IMG/VR virus record: IMGVR_UViG_3300027821_000008 | Location: 1 to 60,898 of that record | Length of the DNA: 60,898 nucleotides | Strand: one strand, 5' to 3' | Source of the DNA: a virus | Lineage: Duplodnaviria; Caudoviricetes | Part shown: positions 37,908-47,695 of the stretch, piece after piece | Layout: each line of letters starts with the position of its first letter | Numbering within the stretch: position 1 is the first letter of the stretch | Translations under genes and position numbers: made by a program | Notes under the pieces: model-generated | What the model saw: only the letters and a program-made list of their open reading frames with translations | Databases searched by the model: none | Told to the model about the DNA's origin: nothing

Positions 37908-38924
37908 TCAGAAACCAGCCGAGATCAAAGTCAGAGCCTCAGGACGCAGAACCCAACCAGCGGTCGCGCGCAATTCGCTCAGAACGTGAGTAGCACCACC
38001 CGGAACCGGAGTCGGGAATTCAACAGGCGCAGCAGCGTTCATCAACATGGCGATGTTAGCCGACATACCAGGAGTCAGTTTTGCAAACTCGTTGGTCGAC
38101 AGGGTTGCCATTGGCTTCTTAACTTCAGGCATAGCGATGATGATCAGATCAGTTGCGCCAGCGCCCTTGCCGATCAGCGTATCATCAACGGTAAACGTGA
38201 TGGTGTCGCCATTCATGCCAAGGATGTTTTGCAATTGACCGGTAACAGTCGCAGTACCGCCACCAGGAATCTGGTACGATGCCAACTGAACGATGTTTTG
38301 GTACGACAGAGCACCCAAAATGCGTTGAGTCGTCAGAACGCGGATACCGGCAGGCATGCCGATTTGCATGGTGCGCGTTTTGATTGCATTGATTTGCGAC
38401 AGCAGGTACACGGCCAACTGATCCGACGCGTAGGTCGAAATCGTGGTGTGCGAATTGCTATCAGGCGGCAGAACAGTAGCGGTTGCGCCAGCAACGTTCA
38501 ACAGACCTTCGCCGTTGGCGGGATTGACGCCGTACAGCAGGTTGTTGCGCAGTTGTTGGTGGATCGATTGACGCATTGCCAGACGTTGGGCTTCAACGAT
38601 ATTGATGCCCCATGCGCCCATATTTGCGGCGTCATGATGGTCGTAACGGCATTCCGTGCGGATCAGGTAGGTTGCGGCGCTGATTTGACGCGGAACGATC
38701 GACGATGTAGGCAGAGCGTTGAATGCAGATTGACCCAGAGCGGCTTCGGTGTCGATTTGCAGTGCGTTGATATAGACGGCTTTGTCGATGTCGCTCAGGC
38801 GAACGCTAGGAGCGCCTTCCGGCAACAGGGAAAAAGCGCCAGAAGCTTGCGTGTACGGCAGCAGAACTTCAGGCAGTACGAGCGAAGGATTAACGCGTAC
38901 TTGAGTAGGTGCGAAACTTGCCAT
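37908..38924 (-). CDS. major capsid protein
   Basis: 338 aa, AGGAG RBS, strongly biased codons, LLYG...EGLLN, followed by a hairpin at 37864-37885. Confidence 0.85.
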   Translation of the reverse strand: MASFAPTQVRVNPSLVLPEVLLPYTQASGAFSLLPEGAPSVRLSDIDKAVYINALQIDTEAALGQSAFNALPTSSIVPRQISAATYLIRTECRYDHHDAANMGAWGINIVEAQRLAMRQSIHQQLRNNLLYGVNPANGEGLLNVAGATATVLPPDSNSHTTISTYASDQLAVYLLSQINAIKTRTMQIGMPAGIRVLTTQRILGALSYQNIVQLASYQIPGGGTATVTGQLQNILGMNGDTITFTVDDTLIGKGAGATDLIIIAMPEVKKPMATLSTNEFAKLTPGMSANIAMLMNAAAPVEFPTPVPGGATHVLSELRATAGWVLRPEALTLISAGF

Positions 38925-38940
38925 ATTATATAGCTCCTAA

Positions 38941-39819
38941 TTAGATCAAGATTACGGCAGCGGAGCCGTTCGGATTGAACGTGCTGAAGCCAGTAACCGG
39001 ATCGGTCACGACTACGCGGCTGTTGCCAACGTTAGTTTGCAGAACGCGAACATTCAGCAGGCCAACCGAGTTCACCAGGGTGATCGTGCCAGCCAGAGCG
39101 CCGGTAGCGATTGCGCCAGAAGCGGCGGTGATTTGGAAGCTGAAATGCGATGCGTCGGTGAACGAAGTGATAACTTGCGTGCCATTAACCAGCGAAGCGC
39201 CAGTGCCAGTAACGCCAGCAACTGTGATTGCATCGCCAACTGCGCCAACCAGCGACGGGACAGTGGTAACAACAGCGAAAGTGTAAACACCGTTCGAGAA
39301 CGACGAAGTGATGCTGGTAACAGCGGTAGTTGCTGTCGATGCATCATAAGCGATCAAACGTTGAGCAGCGAAATCCCAAGACAATTGTTGGGTGATCAAG
39401 CCACCGTCAGTCGAAACCAGCGACGGGTTCATTGCAACGGCCAGGCGGACGTTGGAGCCAAGACGCACGAAATGAACGCCACCACCCGAACCAACGCTAG
39501 GAGCGGTCGATTGGGGAGTAGAAATCATGTGGTGAGCTTGATTGAACACCGAGAAGCCAGTGATGTTAGCAACTGCGGTTGCGCGAGCGATATTGCCGCC
39601 AGCAGCTTTTGCCAGAGCAACGGAAGGTGTGTACTCGGAAATTGCAACGCCGCCAGTCATCGGCAGGGTTTCTGTAGCAGCCAGAACACCACCAGCAAGG
39701 CGCGGAGCCAGATCAAAGTCATCCATCGTAGTACCAGCCAGGAAGCCTTCGGTTGTTGCGCGGAAGGAACCAGCAAACGTGGTTTGTACGAACGGATTGA
39801 AAGGTACGGAAGCAGCCAT
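38941..39819 (-). CDS. capsid decoration / cement protein
   Basis: Between scaffold and capsid; beta-rich insertion. Confidence 0.65.
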   Translation of the reverse strand: MAASVPFNPFVQTTFAGSFRATTEGFLAGTTMDDFDLAPRLAGGVLAATETLPMTGGVAISEYTPSVALAKAAGGNIARATAVANITGFSVFNQAHHMISTPQSTAPSVGSGGGVHFVRLGSNVRLAVAMNPSLVSTDGGLITQQLSWDFAAQRLIAYDASTATTAVTSITSSFSNGVYTFAVVTTVPSLVGAVGDAITVAGVTGTGASLVNGTQVITSFTDASHFSFQITAASGAIATGALAGTITLVNSVGLLNVRVLQTNVGNSRVVVTDPVTGFSTFNPNGSAAVILI

Positions 39820-39847
39820 TATATATTCCTTTTATATGACGCTAAGA

Positions 39848-41389
39848 TTAACGTTGTGTGTTGAAGGCCGTAACAACTTGCGGTTCCAGCGAGAATGCCG
39901 ACATCCATGCCTTCGGGCTACCAACGAACGAATTGCAACGACGACCCGACGAGTCAGTAGTAACAACGGTGCGCAGGCCAGCTTCGACGCCAACAGGAGC
40001 AGTCTTTGCAGCAACAACAGCATCAGCATAGATGATTTCTTCTGCGATTGCGAACATATCGCTGTCAAGCTTCGACATTTCGATAGCAGCAAATTTTTCG
40101 CTGTAACGCTTCAGTTTTGCGGCAACGCGTTGACGGTATTGCAGAACGGTTTCACCAGCCATTGCGCGGGGAGCGGACTCACCATGCATCGACAGAGCAG
40201 CAGCAGCCTTTTCTTGTGCGTCGGCCATTGCAGCGTATTCTTCGTCAGACAGGGCCTTCGGCATTGCAGCTTCCAGAGCGGCGATCTTAGCGGCAAAGGC
40301 TTCGGCGATTGCTTTGGACTCGTCTTTCTTAGCTTCTTCTTCTTTGGCTTCGATTTCGAGTTCGGCGTCTTCTTTTGCCTTAGCTTCGATTTCGAGTTCT
40401 TCTTCAGCGTCTTTCTTATCTTCTTCTTTTTTGGCTTCTTCAACTGCGTCCAGACGTGCAGTCAAACGGGCCAGAGCATCGGCGATGGAGGCAAGCATTT
40501 CTACTTGAGCATCGTTTTTGACTTCTGTAGTCATTGGTTCATCCTCAATGGGTTGATTATCATTAAATGCAGACACGCCTTGTGGAGCGGCGTACTTGTC
40601 CCAAACTCCCTGAGCACATATTGCTAGGTGATCAAGAAAGGTGGGCTTTCCTTCTACTAGAATAGGCGTGCCGCCTATTTCGATCATCCGATTTTCGTCG
40701 GAATCTGTGAAGACAACTGCGGGGGAGGTGGACAATTGCGTTTCCGCCATCATCTCAACCGTCGCTTCGTCATAAATCTTTGCTACCGACCATACTTCAT
40801 TTGAGTCGGGTTTGAGGTATGTGTAGAACAGAGAGCCTACGTTCCTCAACTTGTATTCTTCGTCTGCCAGGAATCCGCCTTCAGTGTGATCAAGAAGCAC
40901 CGGCAAGCCAGCACAACGATCCACAAACTCCTGATTCATATACAGGGCGGGGTCTCTAAAGCAGTATTCGTCTATTGCAGACCTGTAAGCAACTCCAGTG
41001 CCAGTGACGCGCATATTCACCAGGGTCATTCCGCCAAACTTCTGGGGGGAAGAGATGGTGCCATCTGCTATTTGCTTTGCAACGGAAAGCTCAGTGATTT
41101 GCTCTGATGCGTCCGCAGCAACATGAACAACCTCCGCCGTTTCTGGATCATCTTCGCTAGCCAGCTCTGGTTGGTCAGATTCAATCTGCGTTTCAGGTTC
41201 TGGGGTTACTGTGTAGTTGGATATTGCCGAGACAGAGTCCAGTGGAGACGCAAGCCCCTCTTGCGGGAACTCTTCGCGAGTCAATTGGGTTTCTTTTTCC
41301 GGAAGCTGCTCTGTTGGGGCAGCTTCTCTCATCTCGTGCAACTTGGCAAACGCCTCGGCCAACTCTTTAAACAAATTGCGTTGGTCCAT
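39848..41389 (-). CDS. prohead protease-scaffold (DUF2213-like), with nested scaffold start at 40534
   Basis: TGTGVAYRS, PVLLDH, LSTSPAV and DHLAIC..GVWDK; internal GAGGA-7 nt-ATG before the Glu/Ala-rich C-terminus. Confidence 0.8.
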   Translation of the reverse strand: MDQRNLFKELAEAFAKLHEMREAAPTEQLPEKETQLTREEFPQEGLASPLDSVSAISNYTVTPEPETQIESDQPELASEDDPETAEVVHVAADASEQITELSVAKQIADGTISSPQKFGGMTLVNMRVTGTGVAYRSAIDEYCFRDPALYMNQEFVDRCAGLPVLLDHTEGGFLADEEYKLRNVGSLFYTYLKPDSNEVWSVAKIYDEATVEMMAETQLSTSPAVVFTDSDENRMIEIGGTPILVEGKPTFLDHLAICAQGVWDKYAAPQGVSAFNDNQPIEDEPMTTEVKNDAQVEMLASIADALARLTARLDAVEEAKKEEDKKDAEEELEIEAKAKEDAELEIEAKEEEAKKDESKAIAEAFAAKIAALEAAMPKALSDEEYAAMADAQEKAAAALSMHGESAPRAMAGETVLQYRQRVAAKLKRYSEKFAAIEMSKLDSDMFAIAEEIIYADAVVAAKTAPVGVEAGLRTVVTTDSSGRRCNSFVGSPKAWMSAFSLEPQVVTAFNTQR

Positions 41390-41727
41390 AGAAAACCTTT
41401 AAAATCAATGGTTTGGCGGGCGGATACCGTGATTAGGTGGTATTTGCGGTGGAGTGCGGTCCAGTGGGTGGGTTTGGTTGACAGGCTGGCCCTGACCCGG
41501 AGGGAACGATTGACCGACTCCGCGATTTTGATTGGATGCTGGCATTGTGCTCAGTCTCTTTCTTGGGAGGATAAAACGGAAAAGAGCAGCTATCGCCGCC
41601 CTTTTTATGGTATATGGGATGCATGAGCAAACGCATATTACTCGATGCATATATACATTATATCATGGCAAATCACCAATACCGTGGTGGACAATTATTG
41701 TCATTGCAATAATTAAAACTATCAATT

Positions 41728-42258
41728 TCAATTAATCAATAGCTTTATTATTTCTTCAGTTATGCCATAATCCTCAGCCAATTCTTTAATTGTTGACTTT
41801 TTGGAATAATATCTTGCGTAGATTTCGCAAATCTGAGCCTGCTTTAGATTGCCTAATTTTTGTGCAGATAAGAGCCTCTTTGTCTCTGTTGTGTCACAGC
41901 TTGCCGAAGTTCTTTTTTTTGCTAATTTTCTATCGGCATAGCTTTTGCTGCGACCAACATTGGCATTAACCAGGTGCTGCCAGTGCGTTGCGATCAAAGA
42001 TGCCTCAAGCTCAAATGCCTCTTTTTCTTGTGAATCCGAGAAAACCGCAATAATTGACACCATGTATCCATCAGCAGCCGCGGCCTTCCATGAGTTTAGG
42101 CGACCTATGTTGGAATATGCCCTAGATAGCCTCCCTTTACCAATATAGAATGGCACGTCTTCGTTGTGTTTAAAATGAGCGTAAACACAAAAAGAATCGC
42201 TATCAGCCGTAAAGCAAAAATCATTAATTTTATTTTCCATGATTTCAACTATTTGCAA
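41728..42258 (-). CDS. GIY-YIG homing endonuclease with C-terminal HTH
   Basis: CVYAHF...PFYIGKG; IKELAEDYGIT. Confidence 0.75.
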   Translation of the reverse strand: MQIVEIMENKINDFCFTADSDSFCVYAHFKHNEDVPFYIGKGRLSRAYSNIGRLNSWKAAAADGYMVSIIAVFSDSQEKEAFELEASLIATHWQHLVNANVGRSKSYADRKLAKKRTSASCDTTETKRLLSAQKLGNLKQAQICEIYARYYSKKSTIKELAEDYGITEEIIKLLIN

Positions 42259-42739
42259 ATGGAATGATTGACTTGAGGGCTTGTTTGAATTCTTCGTCAG
42301 ACATGGACAGCTTGGCCGAATTTACCCAATGGCATACCCATCTGCAATTATTCTTTGTATATCCTTTTGACGGATCAATTCGATCGATTGATGGGGAGAG
42401 TGGGTTTGGACCAGTCCACGATCTGATTGATGGTCCGGACACAAGCTCTGCGCCAGTTATTGCGCATACGCCGGAATATGTCATCTCTGCCCAGTCGTCG
42501 TCTAAATTAAACTGTTGAGATGATTTATCGGACCTAGTCTTTGCGCCTCTGATTATGTGCGACCACGGCCTGGCCGAGTATGATTTTTTGTGTCTTTCTG
42601 AGTCGCAAATAACGCAGCAACCATTACTTGTATAGCGGCTATTTCCGTGCCCGAATTTACATTCCATTCCGTCGTAAAATTTCAGACCCTGAGCAATTGC
42701 CTCTTTGCGACTAATGATTTTTTTATCACTCACCGCCAA
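42245..42739 (-). CDS. HNH-like endonuclease
   Basis: SRKEA..GLKFY.G.ECKFGH; SPSIDRIDPSKGYTKNNCRWV. Confidence 0.75.
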   Translation of the reverse strand: MAVSDKKIISRKEAIAQGLKFYDGMECKFGHGNSRYTSNGCCVICDSERHKKSYSARPWSHIIRGAKTRSDKSSQQFNLDDDWAEMTYSGVCAITGAELVSGPSIRSWTGPNPLSPSIDRIDPSKGYTKNNCRWVCHWVNSAKLSMSDEEFKQALKSIIPFANS

Positions 42740-43538
42740 CCACCCTCTTTCCAGCAGAGGTCAACATATCCTCTGGCAGTCTCTTGATGTTATAAATAAA
42801 AATAACGTGACACTGACAGTTTGGCTCTTCTGCTGCTTCTGTAATATCCTTGCCATATACGCCATTCGCACCAGGCTTAACCAGTCCCTCTTTCACTGCC
42901 CATGTATTGGGGAGCATATAGACCTTGCGATCACGAGCCTTGTGGGACGGCCTGTAGTTGTACCCGGCCCTTTGCCAGTCAGAGTGCCATTCAACTGCTA
43001 TGGCGCCACCGTCGTCCGCCACAACACGATTAATTGCTGCGGTTAGCTTGGTTGACTGGTCAATCTGCACATTGCGAACGGACATGCCATACTGTTTTAC
43101 TGGTGCCTTGATTGTAAGCTCGATGTCACGCCTTTCTGCGGCTGAGATCACAGACTCATTCGGGATGGAGCTAATCCAGCCAGAGAATGATGCCAGCATC
43201 TTGGCCTTGAGTTCCAGGCGACGATTAGAGATTACTTCGTTAGCAACAAAAATTCGCTTGTTCAGCTCAAGCCTTGCTCGGCCAGACAGACGCTCAACTG
43301 TACCCTTTTTGATGCCCTCGTGATATTTGATTGCACCGCCACGCGTAACCATCTTTTCATACACGCCAGATAGGGCAATGCGCATCTTTTGATTTGCAAC
43401 GTGAGTTGGCTCAAGAGCCTCATCCATTGCAGATGTTAGCCTTGCTATCCAAATCTTAAGGTCAGAGTCAGACGTATATCCCTTATCAGAGAAATGCGCC
43501 ACAGCCTCTTTCAGTACTTCATCGAATTTATTTGGCAT
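42726..43538 (-). CDS. head morphogenesis protein (MuF/SPP1 gp7-like)
   Basis: WHS...RPSH and EEPNCQC; follows the portal. Confidence 0.75.
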   Translation of the reverse strand: MPNKFDEVLKEAVAHFSDKGYTSDSDLKIWIARLTSAMDEALEPTHVANQKMRIALSGVYEKMVTRGGAIKYHEGIKKGTVERLSGRARLELNKRIFVANEVISNRRLELKAKMLASFSGWISSIPNESVISAAERRDIELTIKAPVKQYGMSVRNVQIDQSTKLTAAINRVVADDGGAIAVEWHSDWQRAGYNYRPSHKARDRKVYMLPNTWAVKEGLVKPGANGVYGKDITEAAEEPNCQCHVIFIYNIKRLPEDMLTSAGKRVVGGE

Positions 43539-43574
43539 GTAAATACCCCCAGCTACGGGGGTCCAGGTTACTTG

Positions 43575-44999
43575 TTACACGTATGATGGGGCAGGGCCTT
43601 CAAGCGGCTTGTTATCTTCGACTGGAGGTTCATATGCTGCGATGGCATCAAAGTCAAGATCAAGCGGATACTTGAACAGGTGAGCGGACTCGTTGATATT
43701 GCTTGTTGCCCACTCCAGCAGCTTTGCATACTCTTCCTGTGGCATCTTGTTTTGCATGACCGTAATTGCAGACATAACCGAGCGAAGCTTCAACTCTTGT
43801 GTCTCAATTTTCTTCGAATCTGGTTCAACAATCAGGTTAGGCCAGCGAGCATCAAACGAATCCCTCCACTGGAAGAATGCTTGCTCAAACGTCATATCGG
43901 CATACTCTGGGTTGGTAACCTGAACAGACTTGAAGAACTCAGGAGTCCATGCAACGTACTGAACAATGTTGGTCATGAAGTCATAAAGCAGATTCAGGCG
44001 ACTTCTTTCCAGCTCGATGAACAGTGCGATTGCCTTGCTGTCCTCTGAGCCATCACTGAACCCTTGAGCGAATGCCTGGGAGGTCAGCAGTCGGCCTGGC
44101 ATGCTTGCTGCGGCCGCGATTGTTTCCAGAATGTTCATGCGAGCAACCTCAAGGGCCGTGGACATGTTAGCCAGATCAACGGATTCGATTGACTCATCCA
44201 CGTCGATTGAGATTACATTGCCGGATTTAGCCTCTTTGACGACTTCGCGCTTGCGGGCGAACATTGCCATAATTCCGCGGTCAACATTGGAGCCAGATGT
44301 CTGTTTTGTCTTCGCAACCAGGACACCAGCTTTGACGGTGGCAATTTGGTCGGCAACCATGCTATACAGGAACGACTTCAGGGGATACAATGCGCGCTGA
44401 TAGACCGAGCGACCAGAGTAACCGAAAGATGAAGTGCTCCAATTTATAAAGAGCGGATCTTCGTTCATGAGCGAAAATGCCCTGCTTGGATGGAATTGTC
44501 GACCAGCAGCCACAATAACTGTCGGTTTCTGGAAGTTTTCATCCAATGGGTCTTGGCTTGTGGTATAGCTGCCAGACGTATTCATCGGGTCCAAGACGCT
44601 GAAATAGATTTCGTCAGCCCTAACCTTGCGAAGATCAACCGGCGCATTTGTTTCTTTTGCTCCACGAGCACCATACACCAGAGTGGATGTTCCGTAGATT
44701 CTGGATATACGCCACAGATTGGCAATCTGACGGTCAATGGACATTTCCTTCCACACCGAACAGAACTGCTCACGAACTCGCTCTTCAGCGGAGCACTGAA
44801 CGTGAATTTCCCTATTTTGCGACATTGCGATCTGGATTGGAGCTTCAACAAGCTTTGCGCCAAGCGGATGCAACGTGTAAATATCTTTGCACAACTGATA
44901 AGAGACCGGGTCGCCAGGGTTGATGTCCCTGGCGCCGATCATCATATTAAAGAAATCAGATGTGTTCCCAACCGAAAAGCTGGAGAAGTCATCACTCAT
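43575..44999 (-). CDS. portal protein (DUF1073-like)
   Basis: 474 aa; FHPSR, GRSVYQ and IAAAASMP. Confidence 0.85.
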   Translation of the reverse strand: MSDDFSSFSVGNTSDFFNMMIGARDINPGDPVSYQLCKDIYTLHPLGAKLVEAPIQIAMSQNREIHVQCSAEERVREQFCSVWKEMSIDRQIANLWRISRIYGTSTLVYGARGAKETNAPVDLRKVRADEIYFSVLDPMNTSGSYTTSQDPLDENFQKPTVIVAAGRQFHPSRAFSLMNEDPLFINWSTSSFGYSGRSVYQRALYPLKSFLYSMVADQIATVKAGVLVAKTKQTSGSNVDRGIMAMFARKREVVKEAKSGNVISIDVDESIESVDLANMSTALEVARMNILETIAAAASMPGRLLTSQAFAQGFSDGSEDSKAIALFIELERSRLNLLYDFMTNIVQYVAWTPEFFKSVQVTNPEYADMTFEQAFFQWRDSFDARWPNLIVEPDSKKIETQELKLRSVMSAITVMQNKMPQEEYAKLLEWATSNINESAHLFKYPLDLDFDAIAAYEPPVEDNKPLEGPAPSYV

Positions 45000-45028
45000 T
45001 ATTTACTCCGATTTAAGTTACAGTGCGA

Positions 45029-45820
45029 TTACTTCGCCCTGGTTAATCCCTTGATTCCGGCCGAACTCCATGAATGACAGTCATTGCACTGGAATCTTGC
45101 AAATGACTGACTCAATGTATGTCGCTCTCCACGACGCTGCAAATTCTTAGAGCCGCATGATGGGCAAGAATGATGCAGGTCTCTTTCCGCTTTGTGCAGA
45201 TTAATATTCGGGTGATTCTTGTACCACGGCCTAAACAACAAGTAAAGCTCCTCTGTTGATAGAACGTCAAATTCATTGTATACGCGCATCTCTCTTTGAG
45301 CCTCCGGATTGCGCGCCAGAAACTCAGTCCAAAGCGACATGCCAGGAAACTTTTTGTGCGAGTATTTCTTGTACTTTGTGCAAAGCTTATCGCTCATATA
45401 TTCAAGTTTATTGCTTGTGAATCTGAACGCACTCTTTGCCATCTTCTTTGTGTCGATGGTAATATATGGCCTTGGTGGCGGCAATCCATGCTGAAGAAAT
45501 CTTGCGTTGGCAATCTTAATATCGAAAGAGTCGGAATTCTGCCCAAGAATAATATCTGCCTCGTCAAACAATTTCCAAAGCTTTTGAATTATAGCCTTGT
45601 CGTCTCTTTGGTTTTTTTGAAGGAATGTGTCTGCATACACCATCTCAGACTTTTTATCTCCAACCCATTTTGCAGCAAATGAAAGAACAGAGGAGTCAAC
45701 CTTTATCTGATTGAGTCCAATGTTCTGATCCCACAGAGACCATACATACGCCTCAATAGGGCATAATTCGATATCAAAGCACAGAATCTTGATGCCGCTG
45801 GAGTTTTTTGCTATTGCCAT
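45029..45820 (-). CDS. RNase H-fold / DnaQ-like exonuclease with C-terminal Zn ribbon
   Basis: FDIE, GQNSDSFD, YNEFDV and CPSCGS...CNDC. Confidence 0.8.
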   Translation of the reverse strand: MAIAKNSSGIKILCFDIELCPIEAYVWSLWDQNIGLNQIKVDSSVLSFAAKWVGDKKSEMVYADTFLQKNQRDDKAIIQKLWKLFDEADIILGQNSDSFDIKIANARFLQHGLPPPRPYITIDTKKMAKSAFRFTSNKLEYMSDKLCTKYKKYSHKKFPGMSLWTEFLARNPEAQREMRVYNEFDVLSTEELYLLFRPWYKNHPNINLHKAERDLHHSCPSCGSKNLQRRGERHTLSQSFARFQCNDCHSWSSAGIKGLTRAK

Positions 45821-45861
45821 TTGATATTCCTGTTAGTTTGCGATAGCCGCGTGATAATAAC

Positions 45862-45890
45862 ATTATACCACACGACTATCGATTTGTCAA
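45862..45890 (-). promoter_or_regulatory. sigma70 promoter
   Basis: TTGACA-17 nt-TATAAT. Confidence 0.75.
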
Positions 45891-45893
45891 GCC

Positions 45894-46394
45894 TTATTGG
45901 TCTGCTTCAGAAAATTCTCTGTCAATAAACAAAGAGGCCAGCCCGCTAAGTTGCTTTAATCGCAATAACTCATCCTTATCCATACCAATATTCTTGCGAA
46001 TCCATCCGTCTGACGCCCCGGACGCAACAAGCTCAGCAACGATATTGGTCATAAGGTCGATCGAGTGACTTCCGCGTGCGCGATTGTGGCGAATCGTAGA
46101 TGCCATGCGACCCTCAATCGGCTTATCAATAACAACCACCGGCAATAGACCACCTTCTCGCTCAAATATACGCTTGCTGGTCTTCAGCGTTGTGTACCTG
46201 TGAAATCCGTCAACAATTTCGTACATATCCTCGTCAGGATAGTAATAGCACACAACTGGCATCGTATAGCCGTCTTCCCATATGCTGGTTTCCAGAAGTT
46301 TCATTTCTGGCGCAGCAACCGAGTTTGGGTTATACGCGTTTGCCCTAATTTTTGCCAGGGGGACTGCGCGAACATTATAAACTGGAGACGTCAT
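45894..46394 (-). CDS. ibrB: ParB/Srx-fold protein, IbrB/YbdM-like
   Basis: NAYNPNSVAAPEMKLL, IVDGFHR and STIRHNRARGSH. Confidence 0.85.
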   Translation of the reverse strand: MTSPVYNVRAVPLAKIRANAYNPNSVAAPEMKLLETSIWEDGYTMPVVCYYYPDEDMYEIVDGFHRYTTLKTSKRIFEREGGLLPVVVIDKPIEGRMASTIRHNRARGSHSIDLMTNIVAELVASGASDGWIRKNIGMDKDELLRLKQLSGLASLFIDREFSEADQ

Positions 46395-47695
46395 TTCGAT
46401 ATTTCCTTTTTGCGAGCGTATTTCTTTAGGGCCTCTTTGCGAAGATCGCGTTGATGCTTGGTAATTGCGAATCCCAATCTCTTACAGGTGATGTCGTTTG
46501 CAAGAATCACGGAGCAGAATTTCTTCCACGTAGGAACATCGCACTTTGTGTAAATTGCAGGAAGGTCGTCAAGAATCTTGTTGAACTTCACTACGTGCTT
46601 TTCTCCGCGACCTCTCTTGCTAAACTTCTCTGTATTTACAGCGGCTCCAGCAGGTATTTCTTTGATGTGCTGCGGCAGCATTGGAGAGCCGGTGTAATGC
46701 CAATACTTAATGTACTTTACGAACCGAGACATATAATTGTCTCTTGTGGCGGTCGGAAGCGTCTTCATCAAGAACTTGCAGTACGACTTCCACGTGTGTC
46801 CAGCAGGTAGCGTCATGTCGGCCGAACCAATTGCCTTGGTTCCACAGTAGATATTGCCGAAATTAACGCCACTAACCCTGTCAAGAAGCCTGCCCCAAGT
46901 CTCTGGTTCAATGATTCTGAACATATTCAGGCCGGCTTTTTGTTCATCTCCGAACGGCTCGCAGATGCGCATCTTTCCAAGCGCAACGCCAGCCTTGTAA
47001 AACTGATCGTATGTCTCGTTGTATGGCGCCGCAGTTTTTGCGTGATATGTCCAAATATCCTCTACAGTCCAATCGTAAATTGGGTAGAAGTTGACAGTCA
47101 GATCGGTTTTTACTACCGAATACTTTACATTCTCGAAGCGAGAAACGTCATCCCTATTCAGGGCGCGCCAACGATTCAAGCTCTCCTGCGTTCTGATGCC
47201 AACCAGTCCGGCGCACTTGCCGCCATTTTCTTTTGCGAACCAGTCGCCGAATTCAGTAATGAAGTCCTCGAATGTGATTCCTTCGTGCCAGAATCTGCCG
47301 AATGGGTTGTTATCGCTGTTGATAACATATTCAGACTCAGGCATTGGGCGAACCCATTTATCCTTCTTTTCTGGGTCCCAGAACTTCCACCAGGTTTCAT
47401 GCATGCTAACCGTATTCCAGGAGCGCATAGGAAGGCATATCCACATCGGCGTCGCAAGATGTGCATTATCCATCATAAGCTTCCAGGAGAAGTCATGAGT
47501 GCGCTTGTAGTGACCCTCAAGATCAATGAACAACGTTGTGCATTTTTTGCCAGCGCCGGCCGGGCTGCGTAGAAAGTCGTACACCAGATTAACAAGTGTT
47601 CCGCTATCCTTGCCGCCACTAAATGCAATATAGACATTGTCAAATTTAGAGAATATATACTCTATTCTCTGTTTGGCCGCGTCATAAACATTCAT
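46391..47695 (-). CDS. ibrA: PAPS-reductase-like PP-loop protein with DUF3440, IbrA/YbdN-like
   Basis: FSGGKDS, GIRTQESLNR, YPIYDW and MRICEPFG. Confidence 0.85.
   Translation of the reverse strand: MNVYDAAKQRIEYIFSKFDNVYIAFSGGKDSGTLVNLVYDFLRSPAGAGKKCTTLFIDLEGHYKRTHDFSWKLMMDNAHLATPMWICLPMRSWNTVSMHETWWKFWDPEKKDKWVRPMPESEYVINSDNNPFGRFWHEGITFEDFITEFGDWFAKENGGKCAGLVGIRTQESLNRWRALNRDDVSRFENVKYSVVKTDLTVNFYPIYDWTVEDIWTYHAKTAAPYNETYDQFYKAGVALGKMRICEPFGDEQKAGLNMFRIIEPETWGRLLDRVSGVNFGNIYCGTKAIGSADMTLPAGHTWKSYCKFLMKTLPTATRDNYMSRFVKYIKYWHYTGSPMLPQHIKEIPAGAAVNTEKFSKRGRGEKHVVKFNKILDDLPAIYTKCDVPTWKKFCSVILANDITCKRLGFAITKHQRDLRKEALKKYARKKEISK

Noticed and set aside
41728-42739. Group I intron or intein hosting the endonucleases
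   Set aside because: Flanking genes look complete; dnaB, dnaE and terL have normal lengths without inserts
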